From the IMG/VR virus record IMGVR_UViG_3300033070_001288, positions 4,841 to 68,840 of that record: a stretch of DNA of 64,000 bases; one strand, given 5' to 3'. Source of the DNA: a virus. Its lineage: Duplodnaviria > Caudoviricetes. Shown here piece after piece: positions 34,826-43,484 of this stretch. Both the position numbers and the translations under genes were made by a program. The notes beneath the pieces were generated by a model. That model saw nothing but the letters and a program-made list of their open reading frames with translations, was not told the DNA's origin and searched no databases. Position 1 is the stretch's first letter, and each line of letters starts with the position of its first letter.

Positions 34826-37207
34826 GTGATATCTGTTACAGGCGCGTCGAAGTACCTAGAGCACTCCGACGCCGATCCCATGGCAGCAACTCTGGTGGTA
34901 CCCGACAAGCAGGTCGGTGCCGTCATGGTCGTGGGCACGGTAACGACGCGCCTGAACAGGCTGGTACGCGCCATCGAGAAGGTGGAGCGCGAGAACACGC
35001 GCAGGATTCGCAGCGACGCCATGCGCCGTCGCCACGACGAGCGCAGAGCGCGCGCCACCCACGCGAGGCGTGAGGCGCAGGAGCAGCACGAGACGCGGCG
35101 CAGCGCAAGTCGCGGTCGCAGCAGCTCCGTCTTCTCTCCCCGCGCGTCTGCGGGCAAGGCCGGTGGCGCTGGCGGTGGCGGCATCCTTACGTCTATAGGC
35201 GGAGGCGTCGCGGGCGGAGCACTGGCTAGGTTCGGTGGCAAGGCGCTTCCGTTCCTCGGCAAGGCGGCGGGCAAGGCCGCTGCTCCTCTAGCAGCCATAC
35301 TGGGAGGCTACGGCGTCTACTCGTCTGTGAAGAATACGGGCAAAGCCGACATACTAGACGCGATCACCGGTGGTGCGGGAGCTGGCGCCATCGGCGGTGC
35401 TGCCTTCGCCGGCGTGGGCGCAATCCCGGGTGCCGTCATCGGTGGACTGCTCGGCGGCGCAGGCGCGATCATATACAACTCGCGCGAGTCTATAGGCGCA
35501 GCTTACCGCTCTGCCAAGGAGACGGTTACTTCTGCTGCATCAGACGCCGCAGACTACGCCAAGGACAAGTGGAGCTCCGTAACAACCAAGCTGGGCAACA
35601 CGGTAGACTACGCGAAGGAGAAGCTGAACGATGCCTGGGAGAGTGTCAAGGCTACCGCCGGACAGTACCGCGACCAGGTAACCGAGTGGCTCGGCAACCA
35701 GGGCAAGACGCTGCACGAGTGGTTCGACAGCGTAACGGCGGGCCTGCGCAGCGCCGTATCTCTTCAGAGTCTTCGCGCCATGGCTTCCGAGTGGCTAGAG
35801 AGCCTCAAGAGCTGGTTCCGAAACAAGCTGATGGGCGGTTCGGGCGGTGGCGGCGATCCCGCTACGCGAGGAAACGACACTACTAGCCCTACGCCAGGCT
35901 CTTACGGTGGCGGGCCCCCCAACCCGTCTAGCATGTACGCGCCCGGAAGCGGTGGGTACGCAGGCGGCTCCATAGCTACGGGCGGCAAAGCCAACTGGGG
36001 AGCCGAGGGCGGCGTGGCTCGGGGTTTTCAACCGACAACCACGGTAAAGGGCGGAGAGTTCGGATACGCTCCTCAAGGCAGCCAGGGCAAGTTCAGCGCC
36101 GACGGCATTGCAGGCGGCTCTTCGGATATAGGCAATATCGGTCGTAACGGATTTGGACTAGGAGGTCCGCAGGCAGGCGGCGCGAGTCCCATGTCGCGGC
36201 CCGACGCTACGGTTCCCCGACTGGGCGGATCGAGTTCGGGGATGCCCCAGTTCTGGCAGTACGGCGCACGCGTTGCCGCACCCGAGGGGGCTATGGGTAG
36301 TCCGGGTTCGGGAATCGTCTCTGCAACCAACACGGGAGAACGTGCCTACAAGAACCAGGGTTCTCTAGTACTGCGAGACCCCAAGACCGGGGCAGTGCTC
36401 GGATCGTATCCCTACGTTACCGGCGGTGGCGGTAAGGGATCGCTTCCCGAGGGCGAGTACAATATCGGCGACATGATGAGGGGCGGTAGCCTCGGAGATC
36501 GCTGGCGGCTGACGCAGAAGGGTCAGCCCGACGATACGGCGCGAGACCCGGGCATACCCGGAGTAACGGGCGGCAGCCAGCGAAGCGCTTTTCGCATACA
36601 TCAGGCGCACGGGTCGGGGACCCTAGGCTGCATAGGCATCCTGGGCGGCAACGAGGTGTACCAAGACTTCAAGAACAAGCTGATGTACGTTATCGGCGCC
36701 AACGGAGGAAAGGCTTCTCTGCGCATCGGTTCACCAGAAGCGCAGCGCGTTATGCAGAACATGACGCCTGTGCCTCCCGGAGCTTCCCGTCAGACTATCG
36801 AGGGTGTCAAGGATAAGGAACAGCAGGCAACGTCTACGGCCGACCCCGCAGGCTCTACCAAGGCTCCGGGAGCCACCGACCCTGGCTCAGCTACCAGCGC
36901 GACTACTTCTACGACACCCACGACCGACGCGAAGAAGCCTGCTTGGCAGCAGGGCGACTCGAAAGACTACAGCGGGTTCGGCGCGCCTAGGGGCATAAGC
37001 CAGTCGGACAAGGAGCCCGAGGTATCGGCGTCTTCTGTCAAGGAGAAGGAACCCGCCAGCGAAGCTCCCGCAGAGCGCGAGGATACGCCAGACGCATCTG
37101 CGCCCACCGCGTCGGGCATCAAGGGCAAGCGCGTTAGCATAGACGACATACCGACGGTGCACCCCAACGTGCACCTCGCGATGGTCGGAGCGAGTGACAA
37201 AGCGTGA
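34826..37207 (+). CDS. tape-measure-like/hub protein with Tlde1 (DUF2778)-like L,D-peptidase domain
   Basis: Gly/Ala-rich hydrophobic helices and W-spaced repeats, then GSLPEGEYNI..RSAFRIH..GTLGCIGI. Confidence 0.6.
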   Translation: MISVTGASKYLEHSDADPMAATLVVPDKQVGAVMVVGTVTTRLNRLVRAIEKVERENTRRIRSDAMRRRHDERRARATHARREAQEQHETRRSASRGRSSSVFSPRASAGKAGGAGGGGILTSIGGGVAGGALARFGGKALPFLGKAAGKAAAPLAAILGGYGVYSSVKNTGKADILDAITGGAGAGAIGGAAFAGVGAIPGAVIGGLLGGAGAIIYNSRESIGAAYRSAKETVTSAASDAADYAKDKWSSVTTKLGNTVDYAKEKLNDAWESVKATAGQYRDQVTEWLGNQGKTLHEWFDSVTAGLRSAVSLQSLRAMASEWLESLKSWFRNKLMGGSGGGGDPATRGNDTTSPTPGSYGGGPPNPSSMYAPGSGGYAGGSIATGGKANWGAEGGVARGFQPTTTVKGGEFGYAPQGSQGKFSADGIAGGSSDIGNIGRNGFGLGGPQAGGASPMSRPDATVPRLGGSSSGMPQFWQYGARVAAPEGAMGSPGSGIVSATNTGERAYKNQGSLVLRDPKTGAVLGSYPYVTGGGGKGSLPEGEYNIGDMMRGGSLGDRWRLTQKGQPDDTARDPGIPGVTGGSQRSAFRIHQAHGSGTLGCIGILGGNEVYQDFKNKLMYVIGANGGKASLRIGSPEAQRVMQNMTPVPPGASRQTIEGVKDKEQQATSTADPAGSTKAPGATDPGSATSATTSTTPTTDAKKPAWQQGDSKDYSGFGAPRGISQSDKEPEVSASSVKEKEPASEAPAEREDTPDASAPTASGIKGKRVSIDDIPTVHPNVHLAMVGASDKA

Positions 37208-39132
37208 AGAGCAGCGTTACAGACTTCTTCAAGAACACTCTATCTGGCGGCGACGACGCTCGCGCGACAGAGTTTATCGTGCTGGGAGTATCTAAGCGGT
37301 CTACGCTGGGTACGGCGCGACGCACGGTAGACAAGCTGTTCGACCGCCTAGAGAAGTCGGTACTCAAGGCTATAGCCATACCCGCGACGGCCCTTCCTAC
37401 CCCGTCTTACGTTCCTCCGGCACCTCCAGTCAAGTCTTCGGCAGTTCCCGAACCTCGGAGAGCAAGAGGCGGAGGTATGGGAGCCTCTACAGAGGGAGCC
37501 CTGATAGGTTTCGCTCTGGGCGCGGCTTACATGATGCTCCCCAAGTTGGTAGAGGGCGCGTCGGAGGCTGCCAACAGCGTAGTCTCTGCGGCTAAGGATA
37601 AGGCGGGAGAGCTGTTCTCTGCTGCTATAGAGGGTACGCGTAAGGGCCTGACGACCGCAGCTACCTGGATTTCGGAGAGCGCGTCGTCTGTAGCCAAGAC
37701 TGCACGCGAGGGCGCAACCTACGTCGTCGAGAGCGTCAAGTCGGGACTGTCTACGGTAGCCGACGTCGCTAGCAAGTACGCAGACGATGTTTCTGCGCGA
37801 GCGGTTAACCTGTATGACAGCATCAAGAGTTCTGCGGTAGCCCTCGTGAAGACGGCCACGGCTGTTCCTGCAGGTCTGATTCTGCGTTCGCGCGAGGCCG
37901 TGTACTCGCTATGGGAGGGGACTAAGCAGACTGTTCGCAGCTGGCTGTGGGGCATACTCAACGTATTCAATAATTCGGGCCCGCTAGACGGCAGTAGTGG
38001 TAGCGGTAGCGGAAGTGGCGGCGCTAACGGAGGCGGAAGCGGAAACGCCAGCGGAGGCGGGTCTAGAATCGACAGCGGCGGAGGAACTGGCGCAGCCGGC
38101 CGAGCAACTTCTTTTCAGGAAGGCCCTAACGCATCGGGCTGGGACGCTCCCAAGTCTTCTGTGTCGTATCAGTCTTCTCTAGCCGCCACTTCGGGACCGG
38201 GGGCCTGGCGCGGCACGGCAAATTCCAACGTGAACGGCTCGGCGCCTTCTTTCGCGCCCACCGATCAGGTAGACCGCGCGCGAGAGCGCATGGCGTATCT
38301 GATGCAGAAGGGGTACGACGCCAAGACGGCAGGGGCAATCGTAGGCAACGCCTGGCACGAGAGTGCTGGTCTCAATCCGAAGATCAAAGGCGATAACGGA
38401 AATTCGATGGGCGAGTTTCAGTTCAACAACAAGGGAGAGCAGCCCGCCCTAAGAAAGTTCGCAGCGGCTAGGGGTCTCGACGTAAACGACTGGAGGACCC
38501 AGTACGACTTCGTGCATGAACAGCTGCAGGGGCCGTACAGGAAGACTCTGAACAGGATGCAGAGCGCTCAGAGCATCGATGAAGCCACGGTAGCATTTAG
38601 CCGTGGGTACGAGCGACCCCTAGAGTCCGCGGCGTATAACGACCGTCGCATAAAGTGGGCTAAGGTCTCTGCGGGGCTCGTGAACACCGCGCCGCCTCCG
38701 CCAGATTCTAAGACTGCTCCCGGCGGGCCAGCCTCCTCCATAGTCTCTGGTTCGGGTGTCGTGGCGCCAGACGCTATAGGTGCACGCAGGAAAGCGTCAT
38801 TCGGAGACGGCATCGTATCCGATTCGCAGGCCAAGAGGCGGCTTCCCGCAATGTACTCGGGATCGGGCGTACAGGCCCCCGACTCTATAGGTGCGGGAAA
38901 GAAGGGAGACTTCGGCACCGGCATCTCTGACGGGGAGAAAGACGTAAGTCCCGCCAAGCGTTTCGAGACTCGTCCAGACACTCCTACGAAGGAAGGCGGA
39001 GGCGATACTAGCCAGCGCGACGACTCGGGCGAGCAGCAGGATACCGCGATGGACAAGAAGAGGCGTCGAGCCATCATGATGAACAACGACGCGGGGACGT
39101 ACATGATATCCCACCAAGACGCGATGGCGTAG
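37204..39132 (+). CDS. tape-measure-like protein with phage tail lysozyme (Phage_lysozyme2-like) domain
   Basis: AGAIVGNAWHES..GNSMGEFQF..WRTQYDFVHEQL..AFSRGYERP..RRIKWA. Confidence 0.8.
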   Translation: MKSSVTDFFKNTLSGGDDARATEFIVLGVSKRSTLGTARRTVDKLFDRLEKSVLKAIAIPATALPTPSYVPPAPPVKSSAVPEPRRARGGGMGASTEGALIGFALGAAYMMLPKLVEGASEAANSVVSAAKDKAGELFSAAIEGTRKGLTTAATWISESASSVAKTAREGATYVVESVKSGLSTVADVASKYADDVSARAVNLYDSIKSSAVALVKTATAVPAGLILRSREAVYSLWEGTKQTVRSWLWGILNVFNNSGPLDGSSGSGSGSGGANGGGSGNASGGGSRIDSGGGTGAAGRATSFQEGPNASGWDAPKSSVSYQSSLAATSGPGAWRGTANSNVNGSAPSFAPTDQVDRARERMAYLMQKGYDAKTAGAIVGNAWHESAGLNPKIKGDNGNSMGEFQFNNKGEQPALRKFAAARGLDVNDWRTQYDFVHEQLQGPYRKTLNRMQSAQSIDEATVAFSRGYERPLESAAYNDRRIKWAKVSAGLVNTAPPPPDSKTAPGGPASSIVSGSGVVAPDAIGARRKASFGDGIVSDSQAKRRLPAMYSGSGVQAPDSIGAGKKGDFGTGISDGEKDVSPAKRFETRPDTPTKEGGGDTSQRDDSGEQQDTAMDKKRRRAIMMNNDAGTYMISHQDAMA

Positions 39133-39141
39133 GAGGCCTAG

Positions 39142-40038
39142 TTGCCCTCGATCACCAAGAACCCGAATTATACGCGAGGAGAGCACCCGCTTGCCGAGTT
39201 TGGCTCTATAGTCGGAAAAGAGATTCTAGCAGGTGTCTATAAAATATTCTCTCCTAAGGGTTGCTACATAGGATCGACGATAAATCTTCCGCGCAGGCTG
39301 CGGACCCACAACTTCGTTCTTCGCCGCGGGACTCACCACTCTCCTATGCTTCAGAGTGCGTACGATAAGTATGGTGAATTACAGGTAGAGATATTGTTCT
39401 CAGTGTCTCCACGTGTATGCACGAGAGAGTCTCTGCTCAGGAGGGAGCAGAAGTTTCTAGATAGCATTTGCCCCAGGTACAACTGCTCTCTTGAGGCTAA
39501 ATCTCCGGCTAGAGATCCTCGCGTAGGCAACAAGATAAGTAAGGCAAACAAGGGTCGCATAGTTTCGAAAGAAACGCGACAAAAGATATCTGCGGCTAAG
39601 ATGGGTCACACTACGTCTCCGGCAGCTCGAAAGAAGATGAGAGATGCTAAGCTAGGCGTTGCTCTTACAGAAGAGCACAAGCGCGCTTTAAGCGACTCTC
39701 TTCGAGGGAGAAAAGTAAGCAGAGCAACACGAGAGAAAATGAGTCGCAGTCGCATCGGAATAAAATTCTCCTCGGAGACTCGGAAGAAGATAGCTGATTC
39801 CAAGCGAGGAATAAAGACGGGACGTCGCGATCTAGATACACGGTTGCACATGCTCGTCTCCACTTTGGGCGTAAGTGAGAAATTTCTGGCCAGTCAGATA
39901 CGAAAGATACGAAGTAGCCTAGACGTGATGTCTGCTAGAGAAACTTCCGAAGTTTTGGGAATACCTTACAAGAGAGTCTTGCGAGTGTCTCGCAACCACG
40001 AGACGTACTGCTATCTAGAAGGGAAATACCGTGGGTAG
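39142..40038 (+). CDS. GIY-YIG homing endonuclease with NUMOD3 repeats
   Basis: GVYKI..CYIGST..RRLRTH..REQKFLD..YN; repeated xSxETRxKIS units; AGGAGG RBS and TTG start. Confidence 0.9.
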   Translation: MPSITKNPNYTRGEHPLAEFGSIVGKEILAGVYKIFSPKGCYIGSTINLPRRLRTHNFVLRRGTHHSPMLQSAYDKYGELQVEILFSVSPRVCTRESLLRREQKFLDSICPRYNCSLEAKSPARDPRVGNKISKANKGRIVSKETRQKISAAKMGHTTSPAARKKMRDAKLGVALTEEHKRALSDSLRGRKVSRATREKMSRSRIGIKFSSETRKKIADSKRGIKTGRRDLDTRLHMLVSTLGVSEKFLASQIRKIRSSLDVMSARETSEVLGIPYKRVLRVSRNHETYCYLEGKYRG

Positions 40039-40867
40039 CATCACAAAAAACCCGAATTATATAACGCTCATAACGCGCGGCGACGGCCAGCAGATTCAGG
40101 CGAACGCGAGCTCCAAGCTCGGAATCCGCATCGACAACCGCTGGGTCAACATCATGGAGGCCCTCGGCTTCTCCGGCGACGGCGGCACGGAGCTAGGGCG
40201 TATGGCTGCTGCTGCGTTTAACAGCTTCCAGATATTCACGGGCAACAACTTCTTGCCCGAGATAGCCACGTCGCACGTGTGGCGCGGCTCCAACGGCATC
40301 GAGCTGCAACTTAACCTGAGGTTCGACGCGTGGGACGACGCGAGCAAAGACGTAATGCTCCCCGTGCAGCGCCTGATATCGTGGTTCATGCCTACGCGAA
40401 GCGGTATCGGCGGAGCGCTCGGCAACACTATCGTCAACGGTATCAACTCAGGTATTCGCCAGCTAGGCGGGCAGAACGCTCCGCAGATGTCGGGCCAGTT
40501 CTTCTTGAATCCTCCCGGACCTACTCCCTACGACTACATCACGGGAAATACCTCGAAGCTGTTCATGGTCACCCTCGGCAACGTCGTGATTATAGACGAC
40601 TTGATACCCACCACGCTAGAGTGCGAGTTCGAGGAGCGATTCACGAAGTAGGGCATGCCCGTCGCCGCTAACGTCACGGCAGGGTTCATGAGCTACACCG
40701 TTCCCACGGCTGACAAGGTGCTCGGTTGGTTCAACACCCAGCTGGTTACTATATCTCCCAACGCCACGACTAGCCTAGCTCAGGCGCTGGAGAGTGCGGC
40801 GACCAGTCTGGCGAACAGCCTAGGCGCGGCAGGTTCCGGCCTTAACACCGGCGGCGGCGGAAACTAA
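40031..40867 (+). CDS. baseplate/tail-tube junction protein (gp48/gpU-like), interrupted by an in-frame TAG at 40649-40651
   Basis: ..ECEFEERFTK*GMPVAANVTAGF.. continues in frame to 40867; one-domain-like logic spans the stop. Confidence 0.5.
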
Positions 40868-40879
40868 GGAGTAAGTGCG

Positions 40880-41281
40880 TTGAGCATCAGTCCCTCTCCA
40901 GTCGGGTTCTCCCCGCGATACGACATGCAGTCGCTGATGCCCGCGATAGACGTGACGTCGGGTACCGACCAGCTCGTGCGTCCCGGAAAGCGCACCCTCA
41001 TGATCGACGCGCTCGACCAGAAGCTGGTAGACGCGCTGGAGAGCATCAGCTCCTTCAACGAAGTCGTGTGGGCAGGCGTCAAGCTCACCACGCTCTGCTT
41101 TCAGGCGCACGGCACGCCCAACACGAAGTTCTTGGTACTGGCCTTCAACGGCCTGGGGTCCGAGACTGAGCTGCGTCCGGGCATGGTGCTTCGCATACCT
41201 ACGAAGCCTGGCCTCGACGAGGTAATGAAGCGGGCCTACGCCGTCAAGACTAACGGCATCGGCTCCACGGTAATGATCTGA
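40880..41281 (+). CDS. baseplate wedge protein (gp53/LysM-like)
   Basis: LCFQAHGTP..VLAFNGL..ELRPGMVLRIP. Confidence 0.6.
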   Translation: MSISPSPVGFSPRYDMQSLMPAIDVTSGTDQLVRPGKRTLMIDALDQKLVDALESISSFNEVVWAGVKLTTLCFQAHGTPNTKFLVLAFNGLGSETELRPGMVLRIPTKPGLDEVMKRAYAVKTNGIGSTVMI

Positions 41282-41291
41282 GGAGCACTCG

Positions 41292-41426
41292 ATGCTAGAA
41301 ACTGCAGTACACGCCCTCTTCATAATCCTCGCCACCCTAGGTGTCGTCGCGGGCATCGTGGTGGTCGCTGCGGCGGCGGTGTTAATCTATATCGCTATGT
41401 CGTGGATGGACTCGGGTTCTCACTGA
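41292..41426 (+). CDS. small single-TM peptide (44 aa), not in ORF track
   Basis: AGGAG RBS; MLETAVHALFIILATLGVVAGIVVVAAAAVLIYIAMSWMDSGSH; TGATG-coupled to the next HEG. Confidence 0.6.
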   Translation: MLETAVHALFIILATLGVVAGIVVVAAAAVLIYIAMSWMDSGSH

Positions 41427-42250
41427 TGGCGTTCAAGACTAAAGACCTAGCAGAATTTAGCACGATAGGCGTGTATGTAATAAAGTCGCCTGCTTCTTGG
41501 AACTGTTACGTGGGATCTTCTAAATCTTGTCAGTCCCGGATAGCTAGGCACTTCTATATGCTCAGAAGCGGTACCCACCCTAACCACATACTTACTAGGG
41601 CGTATCGTAAATACGGTGAATCACTAGAAGCATACGTGGTGGAAGAGCTGAGCTTACGCAAGTGGCGTAGAGATCCTTCGATGCTGACAGATATAGAAGA
41701 CGAATGGATAGAACTTTTACCCAGTGTCTACAATATTTCTAAGTCGGCCCATTCGCCGTCTGCGGACCATCGTATTCGCGCAAAGATAAGCAGAGCACTC
41801 GCTGGAAGAAAGATGTCAAAGGCTAGGCTCAAGGTCCATATCGAGGCAATGAGAAGGCCCGACGTTAACGATAAGCGCCGCAAGAAGATGAAGAATCGGC
41901 CGCTATCGGACCGTGCGAAGAAGCAGCATAGGGCTATGGTTGACAGTGATTGGTGGAGGAAAAGAGTTAGCGCGGGACGTAGAAAGAATATGAAAGAAGT
42001 ATCTAGCGAAACGTGTGCTAAGATATCGGCATCTCTGACGGGTCGCCGCCTGTCAGACTCTCACCGGGAAAACATCAGTGTGGGACATACAGGGCTGGTC
42101 AAGTTGACCAACGCGCAAGTTCGCCTAATAAGGCGACAGCACGACCCTCGTTGCGCTACGCAGAGCTACCGCAATCTAGGCGACAAATTCGGAGTGTCGT
42201 GGTTGACAGTTTTTAAGGTCGTTAAGAATGTTGGAGCTTACGCATCATGA
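41426..42250 (+). CDS. GIY-YIG homing endonuclease with NUMOD3-like repeats and C-terminal HTH
   Basis: GVYVI..CYVGSS..RIARH..EDEWIE..YN; KISASLTGRRLSDSHR; terminal LTNAQVRLIR..LGDKFGVS. Confidence 0.88.
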   Translation: MAFKTKDLAEFSTIGVYVIKSPASWNCYVGSSKSCQSRIARHFYMLRSGTHPNHILTRAYRKYGESLEAYVVEELSLRKWRRDPSMLTDIEDEWIELLPSVYNISKSAHSPSADHRIRAKISRALAGRKMSKARLKVHIEAMRRPDVNDKRRKKMKNRPLSDRAKKQHRAMVDSDWWRKRVSAGRRKNMKEVSSETCAKISASLTGRRLSDSHRENISVGHTGLVKLTNAQVRLIRRQHDPRCATQSYRNLGDKFGVSWLTVFKVVKNVGAYAS

Positions 42251-43392
42251 GCTTCCGAACCAAAGACCTTGCAGAGTTCGGCCTCAAGGTAAACGGCGTC
42301 GACATGATGATCGGTGCCGACATGCTCAAGGACGTGTCGGTGATACAGAACGTGCACTCGCCCGTTCCGACCGTTACCATGACCTTCCTAGACAACAAGC
42401 GCGCGGCTCAGAGCGCGGGAGTGTTCGTAGACGGCGCCAAGCTGGAGGTCACGATAGGCGACGGTAAGAAAGACCCGTCCGTCTACAAGATGCGCCAGTG
42501 GTCGCTCGAAGACGCTGCGGCCAACACGGCAGGCGACGTCTGCACCATATCGGGCACCGCCGATCTGATACCCTGGTTCCGCAAGGTGGTCGACAAGGCG
42601 TACAAGGGAACGTCTACCGAAGTCGCTCAGAAGCTGGCGAAGGACAACGGCGTCGAGAAGGTAGACGCCGAGTCGTCGAACGACAAGATGGTGCACCTGC
42701 CCGACGGGTCTACGGTGAGCCAGTTCCTGCGGCGCATCATAGACCACTCCTGGGTGGCCGAGGGAGCTTCTCTGTTCGCCGCCATGACGTACAGCGGCAA
42801 CGACGTCATGCTCCGCATAAAGGACATCATGAAGCAGAGCGACGGCGCGAGCAAGAGGCTGGTGTCGGCGGGGCTGGCGAAGCCCGACGATCTCACGGTC
42901 TGGGACTACCGCATCAGCTCGCACACGGGTTTCCTCAACGCGCTCACCAACTACGGACACAAGGCAGTTCAAGAGAAGCTGGGGTCGAGCGCCCCCGACA
43001 TCTTCACGTCGATGGCGATCAACAAGCTGGCGTCGTCGCTGGGTATCAACGCCGACGTAGCGAAGGCCGTCAACCTGGTTCGCACGCTGTACCACCCGCC
43101 AGACGTCGGCAACACCCACAAGGACTGGGTTAAGGCGGCGCACCACAACGTCAAGAGCCGCGCGGCATTCTCCGCGGTAGTGTCGGTCATGACCGACGTA
43201 CTCACCGAGTACAAGCTGCTCGACACGGCCGAAGCTGAGCTGGCACGATCCAACGGCGAACCCGACGCCGCCTTCTCGGGAAAGTACAAGGTCACCGCGA
43301 TAGCTCGGCACATATCTAAGGGGTCGTACCGCGAGAAGCTGATCCTGACGGGTCAGGGAACCAACGCCGACCTCTTTAAGCAGGGGACGTAG
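42247..43392 (+). CDS. baseplate hub protein (gp27/gpD-like)
   Basis: 381 aa, immediately before a gp5-like gene; SEVA.KLA..NG..VDA..SND..HLP, QFLRRI pattern. Confidence 0.6.
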   Translation: MSFRTKDLAEFGLKVNGVDMMIGADMLKDVSVIQNVHSPVPTVTMTFLDNKRAAQSAGVFVDGAKLEVTIGDGKKDPSVYKMRQWSLEDAAANTAGDVCTISGTADLIPWFRKVVDKAYKGTSTEVAQKLAKDNGVEKVDAESSNDKMVHLPDGSTVSQFLRRIIDHSWVAEGASLFAAMTYSGNDVMLRIKDIMKQSDGASKRLVSAGLAKPDDLTVWDYRISSHTGFLNALTNYGHKAVQEKLGSSAPDIFTSMAINKLASSLGINADVAKAVNLVRTLYHPPDVGNTHKDWVKAAHHNVKSRAAFSAVVSVMTDVLTEYKLLDTAEAELARSNGEPDAAFSGKYKVTAIARHISKGSYREKLILTGQGTNADLFKQGT

Positions 43393-43393
43393 C

Positions 43394-43480
43394 ATGAGAC
43401 GAGTTCGAGTAGACGTAGCGGCTCTGCTGCGCGGAGTTCCCGCCGCAGACCTTCCCTGGATCACGGTAGTGAGGAAGTAG
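43394..43480 (+). pseudogene. 28-aa mini-ORF resembling a gp5 OB-fold fragment
   Basis: RVRVDVAALLRGVPAADLPW versus RIKVRIHDLHDNVKDEDLPW in the next gene. Confidence 0.4.
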
Positions 43481-43484
43481 GAGC

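Noticed and set aside
40649-40651. Genome-wide TAG reassignment (alternative genetic code)
   Set aside because: Many well-defined genes end in TAG directly before a terminator or next gene (capsid 25863, protease 6391, lysozyme 39132, endolysin 52529), and long ORFs are intact under code 11.
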